Of a stretch of DNA of 64,000 bases, positions 7,853-17,548 are shown in pieces (the stretch's first letter is position 1; each line of letters opens with the position of its first letter). Below the pieces are notes generated by a model, which searched no databases, was not told the origin of the DNA, and was given only the letters and a program-made list of their open reading frames with translations. Position numbers and translations under genes: made by a program. The stretch comes from Nioella sp. Lineage in GTDB: Bacteria; Pseudomonadota; Alphaproteobacteria; Rhodobacterales; Rhodobacteraceae. Location of the stretch: assembly GCF_965215655.1 (NCBI RefSeq), contig NZ_OZ244111.1, positions 517,963 to 581,962 of the forward strand, in the 5' to 3' direction.

Positions 7853-8233
7853 ATGGCAACGGCGGCGGTGGTGATTGGTTTGGTGGCCTTCGGCTGGCTG
7901 ACGCTCTTTCAGATCGCGCTGGCAGCAGGTGCGCCGATTGGGCACCTGGCCTGGGGCGGGGCCGCGCGGGTGCTGCCGAAGGGCCTGCGGGTGGCGAGCG
8001 CCCTGTCCGTTCTGCTGGCGCTGCTCGGCTTGCTGGCAATCGCCGAGACCGGCGGAGTGATCGCGCCGGTGTTTCCGGAGGGCTGGTTGCGCCCTGTCCT
8101 CTGGGGGCTGGCCGGGCTCTTCGGGCTGAGCGTTCTGACCAATCTCTTCGGCGCGCGAGGGTTGGAACGGTTGCACGGCGTCCCGCTGGCTTTGCTTTGC
8201 GCCGGGTCGTGCCTGGTGTTGGCCCTGTCCTGA
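7853..8233 (+). CDS. small integral membrane protein
   Basis: SD GGGGGA before ATG 7853; four hydrophobic segments; FQIALAAGAPIGHLAWGG motif. Confidence 0.7.
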   Translation: MATAAVVIGLVAFGWLTLFQIALAAGAPIGHLAWGGAARVLPKGLRVASALSVLLALLGLLAIAETGGVIAPVFPEGWLRPVLWGLAGLFGLSVLTNLFGARGLERLHGVPLALLCAGSCLVLALS

Positions 8234-8354
8234 CACATGTGGGGAAGGGGGATGCCGTCAGGCATGCCCCGGCCCAATGCCCTTGCAGGGGCGTTCCACG
8301 CCGCCCGTCAGGGCCGCGCGGGTCGATGCGCGCGACACTGCGCAGCGAAATCTC

Positions 8355-8951
8355 TCAGCGGCGCAGGAACCGGCCCAGAACGTCGTCCATCGCAGACCCG
8401 TCGCCATCTGCGTCAAGCAGATCGTTCAGCATGCCAAGCCCGCCACCGCGGCTTGACCCGCCACCGCCGAGCAGACCGCCGATCATCCCGGCCAGCCCGC
8501 CGCCCTGCGCCTCTTCTTCTGCCGCGTCAATCTGGTCGTCCGGCATCTGCCGTTGCAGCCCGCCCTGCGCCATTGCGGCGAGCGCTGGCAGGAATTGGCT
8601 GACCAGATCGCGGTCCACGCCAGAGCGTGCGGCGGCTTCGTCCGCCAGACCATCTGCGGCCTCTTGCCCGCCCAGAAGCGCCGACAGGAAATCGCGCCCC
8701 TGCGCCTGACCGTCGGAACTGGCCGCCGCTTCGGCATCGTCGAAGAGCCCCGCCTGATCCTGTCCGCGCAGCCGCCCGAGCACATCGCCAAGCCCGCCGC
8801 TTTCCGCGCGCTGGCGCGCGGCCGACCCGATGGCGGGGGCCAGCAGCGATGTCAGGCTTTCGGCCTGCGCGTCGTCCAGCCCAAGCTGAGAGGCAAGCTG
8901 CCCCAGACCCTGACCGCCCTGCGCCTGCTGCAAAAGTCGCATGATCGACAT
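8355..8951 (-). CDS. DUF937/YidB-like protein
   Basis: LGQLASQLGLD..LAPAIG..ARSGVD..FLPALAAM..LDADGDGSAMDDV pattern. Confidence 0.75.
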   Translation of the reverse strand: MSIMRLLQQAQGGQGLGQLASQLGLDDAQAESLTSLLAPAIGSAARQRAESGGLGDVLGRLRGQDQAGLFDDAEAAASSDGQAQGRDFLSALLGGQEAADGLADEAAARSGVDRDLVSQFLPALAAMAQGGLQRQMPDDQIDAAEEEAQGGGLAGMIGGLLGGGGSSRGGGLGMLNDLLDADGDGSAMDDVLGRFLRR

Positions 8952-9052
8952 GGTAATCCCTTTCTTAAATCCCGTGACCCGATCAGGTCAGCACAGATGC
9001 CGCCGTCGGGGAACCCGATTCGGGTGTCGCGGGCCGGATCGGCGGAAGGGGG

Positions 9053-9412
9053 TTATTCGGCGGCTTGGGGGGACAGGGCCGCGTGCAGCTCGTCATAGGC
9101 ATCCATCGCCTTGGCCGCATACATCAGTGCCGGGCCGCCGCCCATCTGCACCGCCATGCCGAGCGCTTCGCCCAGTTCCTCACGGCTGCCACCGGCGCGG
9201 ATCAGCACCTCGATATGGAAATTCATGCACGGCTCGCAGCTGTCGGCCACCGCGATGGCCACGGCAATCAGCTCCTTTGTTTTCACATCGAGCGCGCCAT
9301 CGGTTTTCACCACCGCGCTGACCCCTGCAAAGGCCTTTGTCACCTCGGGGATTGCCTTGTTCAGCTTGCGCAGCTGCCCGTGCATTTCGTCGCGTTTTTC
9401 CATCCAGCTCAT
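9053..9412 (-). CDS. carboxymuconolactone decarboxylase / AhpD-like protein
   Basis: ALDVKTKELIAVAIAVADSCEPCMNFH (CxxC..H), ELGEALGMAVQMGGGP. Confidence 0.9.
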   Translation of the reverse strand: MSWMEKRDEMHGQLRKLNKAIPEVTKAFAGVSAVVKTDGALDVKTKELIAVAIAVADSCEPCMNFHIEVLIRAGGSREELGEALGMAVQMGGGPALMYAAKAMDAYDELHAALSPQAAE

Positions 9413-9467
9413 GGCGGTCTCCTGCTATTCTTTCGGCCTGTCAGAACAGGTTGGCAGGGGCCGCGCC

Positions 9468-9481
9468 TTGACCGGGATCAA
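9468..9481. promoter_or_regulatory. FNR/FnrL-type box
   Basis: TTGACCGGGATCAA matches TTGAy-N4-rTCAA; centre is 62 bp upstream of the CMD start codon. Confidence 0.6.
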
Positions 9482-10116
9482 TTGGCGCTGACAATTACCA
9501 TGAGGTTGTTGGAGGGCATCTCCACCGTTTCGGTCCTCAGCGGTGACAGGCGGTCGCGGACCAAGGCGATATCCTTGTAGCCGATGGCGGGGTCCTGCGC
9601 CCGCAGGCTGGCATGGAAGGCGGCATCGCCGTCGCTGGTCGTTTCGCCGTCGCGCAGGAACGGGCCATAGAGGAATGCCTTGCCGCCGGGGGTGAGGGCC
9701 TTTGCGATGCCTCTCAGCACCGCCTCGGCCTCTGTGTCCGCGATCAGGTGCAGCAGGTTCACCAGCAGGATCATGTCGGCGGGGCCATGGGTTGCGTGCC
9801 AGCCGGGGGTGGCGGCGTTCAGTTCGACGGGTGGGCGCAGGTTGGCGGGGCCTTCGGCCTGCCGCCACGCCTCGATCGAGGCCAGCCTTTCGGGGTCCAG
9901 ATCGGTCGGTTGCCAGTCGAGACTGGGAAAGGCGCGGGAGAAGGCCACCGCATGTTCCCCGGTGCCCGCCGCGATTTCCAGGACGCGGCCTTCGGTGGGG
10001 GCATGGGCGCGCAGCACCTCAAGGATCGGGCCCATGTTGCGCCGGGCAGAGGGCGCGGACATGCGCTTGTCTGTGCCAGCCGAGGGCGCGTCCGGCAGGG
10101 TCAGCCTGCGGGTCAT
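9478..10116 (-). CDS. DUF938 family SAM-dependent methyltransferase (METTL26-like)
   Basis: APSARRNMGPIL, VLEIAAGTGEHA, WQPTD, LYGPF..G..SDGDAAFHASLR..D; start overlaps the upstream stop (ATGA); the ORF-track start at 10248 is likely too long. Confidence 0.85.
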   Translation of the reverse strand: MTRRLTLPDAPSAGTDKRMSAPSARRNMGPILEVLRAHAPTEGRVLEIAAGTGEHAVAFSRAFPSLDWQPTDLDPERLASIEAWRQAEGPANLRPPVELNAATPGWHATHGPADMILLVNLLHLIADTEAEAVLRGIAKALTPGGKAFLYGPFLRDGETTSDGDAAFHASLRAQDPAIGYKDIALVRDRLSPLRTETVEMPSNNLMVIVSAN

Positions 10117-11195
10117 CCGAACCGTGCGGGGCTGAGCGCCGCGACGGTGTCCGCGTCCAGGTCCGGCGTGCGACCTGCGACCACATCGGCCAGCAACTGG
10201 CTGGCGGCGGGCGCGGTCTGGAAACCGTAGCCGCCTTGCCCTGCGCACCAGATGAAATCGGGTTCCCGCAGATCGCGGCCCAGGACCAGCGTCCGGTCGG
10301 GGGCGAAGCTGCGCAGCCCCGCCCAGGTGGTTTCGACGCGGGTCACTTCCTCGGTCACGAAGGGCTGATAGCGGGCGATGCCCTCGGCCAACACCATGTC
10401 ATCGGCCCATGCGTCGTGGGGTTCGTCAACCGGGTCCTGTTCGGCGGGCGAGACGATCCACTTGCCCGCATCGGGCTTGGCATACCAGGTTTCACCAGCG
10501 CCAATCAGCATCGGCCAGCCGGACGGATCATAGCCCCCCGGTGCAGGCATCCGCGCCATGGACCGGCGTAGGGGGCTAATGCCGATTGGGGTGATCCCGG
10601 CCATTTTGGCGATGATGTCGACCCAGGCCCCGGCGGCGTTGACCAGTTGGCGCGCTTCATAGGTATCGCTGCCCGAGCTGACCTGCCAGATGCCATCCGT
10701 GCGGGTGATGGCCTCAACCCGCTTGCCGGTTTTCACCGTGCCGCCATTGCCGCGCATTTCCTTGACGAAATTGCCGATCAGAAGATCGGTGTCGAGGTCC
10801 CAGGCGTCCTCATGATGCGCCGCGCCGCGCAGGTGGTCGCGGTTCAGTGCCGGGACCAGCGCCATGGCCTCGTCGATAGTGATCGGGGTCAGGCCCATAT
10901 CGGCAGTATCTTGCGCAAGCGTGTCTTCCTCACCCGGACCGGCAAGGAACATCAGACCGCGTGGGCTGAGCACGCCGCCATTCGCGGTCATGTGATAGTC
11001 GCGCGAGGCGAGGTTCAACTGCACCGTGGCGGGCAGGCCATATTGCGATTCAAAGAGCGCCGCCGAGCGGCCAGAGGCGTGATAGGCGAGGCTGGTTTCG
11101 GCCTCCAGCAACAGGGTTGTGCCCAGATGCGACAGGCGCGCCGCTGCGGAGGTTCCGGCAATGCCGCCGCCGATGATGAGGAAATCATATGTCAT
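10113..11195 (-). CDS. FAD-dependent D-amino-acid dehydrogenase, DauA (D-arginine dehydrogenase)-like
   Basis: GGGIAG, YHASGRSAA, DLDTD, VNAAGAW.D, WYAKPDAG, WAGLRSF, GQGGYGFQT co-linear with Pseudomonas DauA as recalled. Confidence 0.8.
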   Translation of the reverse strand: MTYDFLIIGGGIAGTSAAARLSHLGTTLLLEAETSLAYHASGRSAALFESQYGLPATVQLNLASRDYHMTANGGVLSPRGLMFLAGPGEEDTLAQDTADMGLTPITIDEAMALVPALNRDHLRGAAHHEDAWDLDTDLLIGNFVKEMRGNGGTVKTGKRVEAITRTDGIWQVSSGSDTYEARQLVNAAGAWVDIIAKMAGITPIGISPLRRSMARMPAPGGYDPSGWPMLIGAGETWYAKPDAGKWIVSPAEQDPVDEPHDAWADDMVLAEGIARYQPFVTEEVTRVETTWAGLRSFAPDRTLVLGRDLREPDFIWCAGQGGYGFQTAPAASQLLADVVAGRTPDLDADTVAALSPARFG

Positions 11196-11307
11196 GGCAG
11201 ATGCGTGACATGGCGTGTCGGCGCAGGCAAGGGGGCAGATGCAGCGGGGCTGTCATCGGGGCAGGAGCCGGGCTAGGGTTCGGGCGACGCAACGGGCGGG
11301 GGAGCCT

Positions 11308-12072
11308 ATGACCACCACATTGATCGTTCTGGCGCATCCCGATCCGGGGTCGTTCAACGGGGCCTGGGCCGAGGCCAGCGCATGCGCCTGCCGGTCGCTT
11401 GGGCAGGACGTGCTGGTCAGCGACATTTGCGCCATGCGCTTCGATGCCGTGGAGGGTCGGCCGCATTTCCCCGGCTATGCGGAGGGCCGGCCTTTTGACC
11501 CGCTGAAGGCGCAGGAAGAGGCGACAGAGGCCGGTGAGATCCCTGTTGATGTGGCGGGAGAAATCGACAAGATCCGGGCCGCCGATCTGGTGATATTCCA
11601 CTTCCCCATCTGGTGGTTCGCGCCGCCCGCGGTGCTGAAAGGCTGGTTCGACCGGGTTCTGGTGCACGGCGGGCTGCACAGTGTGGACGCGCGGTTCGAT
11701 GCCGGGCTGTGCCGGGGCAAGCGGGCTCTGTTCTGTGCGACCACGGGGGCCAGCGCCGCGGAATGCGGGCCGGACGGGAAAGAGGGCGATATCCGCCTGC
11801 TGCTGTGGCCCGTGGCGCAGACGCTGCGGTATCTGGGAATCGAGGTCTATGAGCCGGAGATTGTGCACGGGGTGCATGGCTATTTCGAGGGCGCAGAGGA
11901 CCTGATGTTGCGGGCGCGACTGACGGGGGTTCTGGACGGCCAGCGGGCATTGCTTGACGGTCTGACGGACCGGCCCCTGATGCGGTTCAACGCGGATGCG
12001 GATTTCGATGCAGACGGGCGGTTGAAGCCTGACAGCCACAGCTATTCCCCGTTTATCCGGCATCCGAGCTAA
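11308..12072 (+). CDS. NAD(P)H:quinone oxidoreductase (flavodoxin-2 family)
   Basis: SD GGAG; LAHPDPGSFN, ADLVIFHFPIWWFAPPAVLKGWFDRV, TTG motifs. Confidence 0.88.
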   Translation: MTTTLIVLAHPDPGSFNGAWAEASACACRSLGQDVLVSDICAMRFDAVEGRPHFPGYAEGRPFDPLKAQEEATEAGEIPVDVAGEIDKIRAADLVIFHFPIWWFAPPAVLKGWFDRVLVHGGLHSVDARFDAGLCRGKRALFCATTGASAAECGPDGKEGDIRLLLWPVAQTLRYLGIEVYEPEIVHGVHGYFEGAEDLMLRARLTGVLDGQRALLDGLTDRPLMRFNADADFDADGRLKPDSHSYSPFIRHPS

Positions 12073-12075
12073 GAA

Positions 12076-12102
12076 AAAGGCCCGCCACCGGGGCGGGCCT
12101 TT
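12076..12102. terminator. bidirectional intrinsic terminator
   Basis: AAAGGCCCGCC-5 nt-GGCGGGCCTTT between convergent genes. Confidence 0.8.
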
Positions 12103-12123
12103 CCGAAATCAGTCGCACGAAGA

Positions 12124-13203
12124 TCAGTTCGGCACGTCGCCGGTGATGCCTTCGACGTAGAAGTTCATGCCAGCCAGCGTGCCGTCATCGGCCACTTCGC
12201 CTTCGGCCAGCCAAGCGGAGCCGTCCTGACGGTTCAGCGGGCCGGTGAAGGGGTGGTATTCGCCAGCGGCAATGGCCTCGACCATGGCCTGGGCAGAGGC
12301 GCGGACTTCTTCCGGGATCGCGTCGGTCATTTCACCGATACCAACCATGCCCGGTCCGATGCCGTCCCAGGTGTCGGTGCTTTCCCAGGTGCCGTCCATG
12401 ACCGCCTGGGTGCGGGCGATGTAGTAGGGGGCCCAATCGTCGATGATGGCAGACACACGCGGGGCGGGGGCGAACTGGTACATGTCGGATGCCTGACCGA
12501 AGCCGATGGCGCCTGCCTCCGCCAGCACGGTCATCGGCGCGGTGGAGTCGGTGTGCTGCATGATCACGTCTGCGCCCTGGTCGATCAGCGCCTGTGCGGC
12601 GTCTGCCTCGACAGCCGGATCGAACCAGGTGTAGGCCCAAACGATGCGGAATTCGACATCGGGGTTCACTTCACGGGCGTGAATGAAGGCCGAGTTGATG
12701 CCGCGGATCACTTCGGGGATCGGGAAGGAGGCGATGTAGCCGACGATGTTCGACTCGGTCATGTGCCCGGCGATATGGCCCATCACGGCGCGGCCTTCAT
12801 AGAAGCGGGCCGAATAGGTGGATACGTTCGGATGGTCGCGGCGATAGCCGGTGGCATGTTCGAAGCGCACGTTCGGGAACCGCTCGGCCACGGCATTGGT
12901 CGGGTCCATGTAGCCGAAAGAGGTGGTGAAGATCAGGTCGGCACCCGACAGGGCCATCTGGGTCAGCACGCGTTCCGCATCCGCGCCTTCCGGCACGTTT
13001 TCCACATAGCTGGTTTCGACGGCATCGCCGAAATGCTCTTCCACGGCCAGACGGCCGCGGTCATGTTCATAGGTCCAGCCGAGATCGCCGATGGAACCGA
13101 CATAGATGAAGCCGACCTGTGTCGGATCGTCCTGCGCCAGTACCGGCGCGGCAAGGCCGAGCGACAGCGCGCTGGCTGCCATGATCTTGGTGAGTGTCTT
13201 CAT
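12124..13203 (-). CDS. BMP-family ABC substrate-binding protein (purine/nucleoside)
   Basis: Signal peptide; GFIYVGSIGDLGWTYEHD, TTSFGYMD, FEHATG, IPEVIRGIN, QHTDS. Confidence 0.92.
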   Translation of the reverse strand: MKTLTKIMAASALSLGLAAPVLAQDDPTQVGFIYVGSIGDLGWTYEHDRGRLAVEEHFGDAVETSYVENVPEGADAERVLTQMALSGADLIFTTSFGYMDPTNAVAERFPNVRFEHATGYRRDHPNVSTYSARFYEGRAVMGHIAGHMTESNIVGYIASFPIPEVIRGINSAFIHAREVNPDVEFRIVWAYTWFDPAVEADAAQALIDQGADVIMQHTDSTAPMTVLAEAGAIGFGQASDMYQFAPAPRVSAIIDDWAPYYIARTQAVMDGTWESTDTWDGIGPGMVGIGEMTDAIPEEVRASAQAMVEAIAAGEYHPFTGPLNRQDGSAWLAEGEVADDGTLAGMNFYVEGITGDVPN

Positions 13204-13205
13204 TC

Positions 13206-13967
13206 TCAGGTCTCCTTGTTGGTGTCTGTTTCGTATTCTGTTTCTAGGTCGAGATCCGTTATCGGATCCTCAAGATCGCCCTCCAGCAGGGCGCTTGTGA
13301 TCAGGCCGGCGGGCACTGCGATCACCCCAAGCCCGACCAGCAGCACAAGCCCGGTAAAGGCCCGCCCCGCCAGCGTGATGGGATAGACATCGCCATAGCC
13401 CACGGTGGTCAGGGTTGCCAGAGACCACCACAGGCAGGCAGGGATCGAGCCGAAGGTGTCGGGCTGCGCCTGATGCTCGAAATGGTAGATGCCCACGGCC
13501 GAGAGGTAGAGCACGACAAGGGCGATGAAGCTGAAGATCCACAGCTCGTCCCGGTTCTTCTGGAAGGCACGGGCCAGACGATCCAGCGCATGGCTGGCAT
13601 GGAACAGTTTCAGCAGGCGAATGAGCCGCAGCAGGCGCAGCGAGCGGATGGACTGGGCGTCGGGCAGCAGGAACAGGATGGCGGGCACGATCGACAGGAA
13701 GTCCACGATTCCCCAGAAACTGACCGCGTAGCGCAGGGGTTTCGGCGAACAGGCCAGCCGCAGCAGATATTCCGCCGTGAAGATCGCCAGAACGCTGTAT
13801 TCCACCACCAGCAGCACCCGGCGCAGCTCTGTCGGCAGGCTTTGTACGGTTTCCAGCGCAATGGCGACCGCCGAGACGATGATCAGCAGCTGCAGGGCAA
13901 TCGCGATGCCCCGCCCGATGGTCGGATGTGTGCCATCCAGTGCCTGCAGAATCGCGCCGCGAGTCAT
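13206..13967 (-). CDS. 6-TM voltage-gated-type potassium channel (Ion_trans)
   Basis: SD GGAGGA; S4 IRSLRLLRLIRLLKL; selectivity filter WWSLATLTTVGYGD; 253 aa. Confidence 0.9.
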   Translation of the reverse strand: MTRGAILQALDGTHPTIGRGIAIALQLLIIVSAVAIALETVQSLPTELRRVLLVVEYSVLAIFTAEYLLRLACSPKPLRYAVSFWGIVDFLSIVPAILFLLPDAQSIRSLRLLRLIRLLKLFHASHALDRLARAFQKNRDELWIFSFIALVVLYLSAVGIYHFEHQAQPDTFGSIPACLWWSLATLTTVGYGDVYPITLAGRAFTGLVLLVGLGVIAVPAGLITSALLEGDLEDPITDLDLETEYETDTNKET

Positions 13968-13975
13968 GTGTCCTC

Positions 13976-14899
13976 CTAGCCGGTTGCATGGAACACCTTG
14001 CCAAGAGCGGCGGGCGCATTCAATGCGGTACGGCTCTTGTCCGAGGACATGATCACGAGCACGACGATGGTGATGACATAGGGCGACATTGCCAGGATCT
14101 CGACCGGGATGTTGATGCCCGCCGCCTGAAGGCGCAATTGCAGGGCCGTGACGCCACCGAATAGATAGGCCCCAAGCAGCGCGCGCCAGGGCTTCCAACT
14201 GGCGAAGACCACAAGCGCCAGCGCGATCCAACCCGCGCCAGCGGTCATGCCATCGACCCAGTTCTGCACCCGAACGACGGACAGGAACGCGCCGCCAAGA
14301 CCCGCACAGGCGCCGCCGAACATGATCGCCATCAGGCGAATGCGGATAACCTTGTAGCCAAGCGCATGGGCAGCATCGTGGTTTTCGCCCACGGCGCGGA
14401 TGATCAGGCCCACCTTGGTGTAGCCGAGCACATACCAGACCGCCGCGACCAGCAGGACCGACAGATAGATGATCAGGGAATGGCCGAAGAGGATGGGCCC
14501 GATCACCGGGATTTCTGCCATGGCTGCCGGGAACGGGTCTGACACAGGTGGCGGGGTCGATCCGGGATAGCCGACGCCAAGCAGGGCAGACAGCCCGAGT
14601 CCGAACAGTGTCAGCGCCAGCCCGGTGGCCACCTGATTGGACAGCAGCATCTGGGTGAGAACGCCGAAGATCAGCGACAGCGCCACACCGCTGGCCATGC
14701 CCGCCAGAAAGCCGAGCGTGGGCGAGCCGGTGTTGACGGCGACCACGAAGCCCATGACGGCACCGGTGATCATCATGCCCTCGACGCCAAGGTTCAGAAC
14801 GCCGGTCTTCTCTACCACCAGCTCGCCGATCGCGGCCAGCAGAACGGGGGTGGAAACGGTGATCAGTGCAACGATCAGGGTGACTGGATCGATACCCAT
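13976..14899 (-). CDS. ABC transporter permease (BPD_transp_2, NupC-like)
   Basis: TPVLLAAIGELVVEKTGVLNLGVEGMM, GENHDAA, GAGWIALALVVF. Confidence 0.92.
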   Translation of the reverse strand: MGIDPVTLIVALITVSTPVLLAAIGELVVEKTGVLNLGVEGMMITGAVMGFVVAVNTGSPTLGFLAGMASGVALSLIFGVLTQMLLSNQVATGLALTLFGLGLSALLGVGYPGSTPPPVSDPFPAAMAEIPVIGPILFGHSLIIYLSVLLVAAVWYVLGYTKVGLIIRAVGENHDAAHALGYKVIRIRLMAIMFGGACAGLGGAFLSVVRVQNWVDGMTAGAGWIALALVVFASWKPWRALLGAYLFGGVTALQLRLQAAGINIPVEILAMSPYVITIVVLVIMSSDKSRTALNAPAALGKVFHATG

Positions 14900-15984
14900 T
14901 ATGCGACCCCCTCTTTCTTGAAGCGGATACGGTAGGTCGACAGAACATCGACGGCCAGCAGGAAGAACAGCAGCATACCCTGGAAGGCCTGGATGGCCGG
15001 GGCCGGGATCTGCAACATCAACTGCGCCAGTTCGCCGCCGATATAGGTCAGCGCCATCAGAAGCCCCGCCAGCAGGATGCCGATGGGATGCAGGCGGCCC
15101 AGGAAGGCCACGATGATCGCGGTAAAGCCGTAGCCGACGTTGAAGTCGATGCTGATCTGACCGGCAGGGCCGGAGACCTCGAAGAGACCGGCAAGACCTG
15201 CCAGCGCGCCGGAAACGCCCATGCACAGCACGATCAGCCGGTTGGGATTGACCCCGGCGAAGCGCGCCGCGCGTGGGGCCTGACCGGCCAGCTTGATCTG
15301 GTAGCCCAGAAGGTGCTTGTTCAGCAGCACATAGGCGGCGATGACCGCGATGAAGGCCATGACCACGCCCCAATGCATGCCCGTCCCCGAGATCAGTTCG
15401 GGGTTGTTCATCGAGTCAATGCGGCTGAGGTTGCGCGAGCCGGGAAAGCCGGAGCCTTCGGGGTTGCGCAGGAAACCCACGGCGGCGGATGCCAGAAACT
15501 TCTCGGCCACATAGACCAGCAGCAGCGACACGAGGATTTCGTTGGTGCGGAACCGGGTCTTGAGGATCGCGGGGATCATCGACCACGCCCACCCGCCGAG
15601 AGCCCCGGCGACGATCATGCCGGGGAAGATCAGCGGGCTTTCAGACGGATAGAAGGCCAGGCCGAAGGACGCACCGGCGATGGCACCCATGATATACTGA
15701 CCCTCGGCCCCGATGTTCCAGACACCCGCCCGGAAGCCGAGCGCAAGGCCGATGGCGATCAGGATCAGCGGACCGGCCTTGACCAGAAGCTGAGGCCGCG
15801 AGTAGGCGGCGAAGCTTTCATGAAACAGCGGATCCCAGAAGATGATGCGGATCGCCTCGAACGGGTTCTTGCCCAGAAGGGCGAACATGATCCCACCGGC
15901 GATCATGGTCAGTACAACCGCCAGAACCGGCGTGGCGGCTGTCCATGCGCGGGACGGGGACGGTCGTTTCTCAAGCCTCAGCAT
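14899..15984 (-). CDS. ABC transporter permease (NupB-like)
   Basis: GVWNIGAEGQY, TNEILVSLLL, GYGFTAIIVAFLGRLHP. Confidence 0.92.
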   Translation of the reverse strand: MLRLEKRPSPSRAWTAATPVLAVVLTMIAGGIMFALLGKNPFEAIRIIFWDPLFHESFAAYSRPQLLVKAGPLILIAIGLALGFRAGVWNIGAEGQYIMGAIAGASFGLAFYPSESPLIFPGMIVAGALGGWAWSMIPAILKTRFRTNEILVSLLLVYVAEKFLASAAVGFLRNPEGSGFPGSRNLSRIDSMNNPELISGTGMHWGVVMAFIAVIAAYVLLNKHLLGYQIKLAGQAPRAARFAGVNPNRLIVLCMGVSGALAGLAGLFEVSGPAGQISIDFNVGYGFTAIIVAFLGRLHPIGILLAGLLMALTYIGGELAQLMLQIPAPAIQAFQGMLLFFLLAVDVLSTYRIRFKKEGVA

Positions 15985-17512
15985 GGATCGCCTCCTCGTC
16001 CAGATCATGCATGTCATGCGCCCCACCCAGCATCAGCCCGATGGTTTCCATGGTCAGGTCGCGCGTCGTGCGCACGTTTGACAGGCGGCCTTCGTTGAGG
16101 GCGGCGAAATTGTCGGAGACCTCCAGCAATTCATCGAGATCCTGGCTGATGACGATGACGCCCGCGCCCTTCTGGGCCAGATCGAGGATTGCCTGTCGAA
16201 TATCGGCCGCCGCCGAGGCATCGACGCCCCAGGTCGGCTGGTTGACCACCAGAACGGTGGGGTCTTGCAGGATTTCCCGTCCGATGACGAATTTCTGCAA
16301 ATTGCCGCCGGACAGCGACCGCGCCACGTTGTCGGGACCGGGGGTGCGCACGTCGAAATCGGCGATGACCTTTTCGGCATAGCTGCGAGTCGCGCCCCAG
16401 TTGACGAAGCCGCTACCCGCAAGGTTCTTGCGCTGGCGCGCGGTCAGCAGGGCGTTTTCAACAAGGCTCATATCCGGTGCGGCGGCATGGCCGAGCCGTT
16501 CTTCCGGCCCGCAGAGAATGCCCAGTTCGCGCCGTTCGTTCGGGCCCTTGTCGCCAATCGGGTTCTTGTTGAGCATCACCGTCCCCGGCGCGGTCGTGAC
16601 TTCCCCCGACAGGGCGGCAAGCAGCTCGTCCTGACCGTTGCCGGCAACGCCGCCAATGCCCAGAACCTCGCCCGCGTGCAGCTCGATGCCGATATGGCGC
16701 AGCGGGGTGCCGAAGGGGTTCGACGGCTCCACCGAGAGGCCCGAAACCTTCAGGATCACCTCGCCCAGATCGGCATTGTCGCGGGCCGGGGTGGCCAGGG
16801 ACTTGCCGACCATCAGTTCGGCCATTTCAGCGGCGGAAGTGTCGCGCGGTGTGCATTTGCCCACGACCTTGCCAAGCCGGAGAATGGTGGCCTCGTCGCA
16901 AAGCGCGCGGATCTCTTCCAGCTTGTGGCTGATATAGAGGATCGAGGTGCCCTCGGCGGCCAGCTTGCGCAGGGTGTGGAAGAGGATCTCCACCTCCTGC
17001 GGGGTCAGCACGCTGGTGGGCTCGTCCATGATCAGCAGCTTGGGATCTTGCAGAAGGCAGCGGATGATCTCCACCCGCTGGCGTTCGCCTGCGGACAGGT
17101 CACCGACCAGACGATCGGGGTCGAGCGGAAGGCCATAGGCCTCGCTCACCTCGCGGATGCGTTTGGCCAGATCGCGCTGAGGCGGCGGGTTTTCCATGCC
17201 AAGCGCGATGTTCTCGGCAACGTTGAGCGCCTCGAAGAGCGAGAAATGCTGGAACACCATCGCCACACCAGTGGACCGGGCGATGCGCGGTTCGGGCGGC
17301 GCATAGGACGAGCCCCGGAAGGTCATGGACCCGCTGTCAGGGCGCACGAGGCCGTAGATCATCTTCACCAGCGTCGATTTGCCCGCGCCGTTTTCACCAA
17401 GCAGGGCATGAACTTCGCCCGGCATGATCTGGAACGACACATCGCTGTTGGCGACGACGCCGGGATAGGCCTTGGTCAGCCCGTTTATGGAAAGCAGGGG
17501 TTGGTCGGTCAT
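15971..17512 (-). CDS. ABC transporter ATP-binding protein, two-domain (NupA-like)
   Basis: GENGAGKS Walker A, LSAGERQ, DEPT, second domain LSGGNLQK, NQPTWGVD. Confidence 0.95.
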   Translation of the reverse strand: MTDQPLLSINGLTKAYPGVVANSDVSFQIMPGEVHALLGENGAGKSTLVKMIYGLVRPDSGSMTFRGSSYAPPEPRIARSTGVAMVFQHFSLFEALNVAENIALGMENPPPQRDLAKRIREVSEAYGLPLDPDRLVGDLSAGERQRVEIIRCLLQDPKLLIMDEPTSVLTPQEVEILFHTLRKLAAEGTSILYISHKLEEIRALCDEATILRLGKVVGKCTPRDTSAAEMAELMVGKSLATPARDNADLGEVILKVSGLSVEPSNPFGTPLRHIGIELHAGEVLGIGGVAGNGQDELLAALSGEVTTAPGTVMLNKNPIGDKGPNERRELGILCGPEERLGHAAAPDMSLVENALLTARQRKNLAGSGFVNWGATRSYAEKVIADFDVRTPGPDNVARSLSGGNLQKFVIGREILQDPTVLVVNQPTWGVDASAAADIRQAILDLAQKGAGVIVISQDLDELLEVSDNFAALNEGRLSNVRTTRDLTMETIGLMLGGAHDMHDLDEEAIHAEA

Positions 17513-17548
17513 GTGACGCCCTCCTGTCTTGGTCCTTGTTCGGTCATG

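Noticed and set aside
13206-14948. 580-aa ORF-track fusion upstream of the channel
   Set aside because: The N-terminal part is an off-frame shadow of the permease; a strong SD places the real start at 13967
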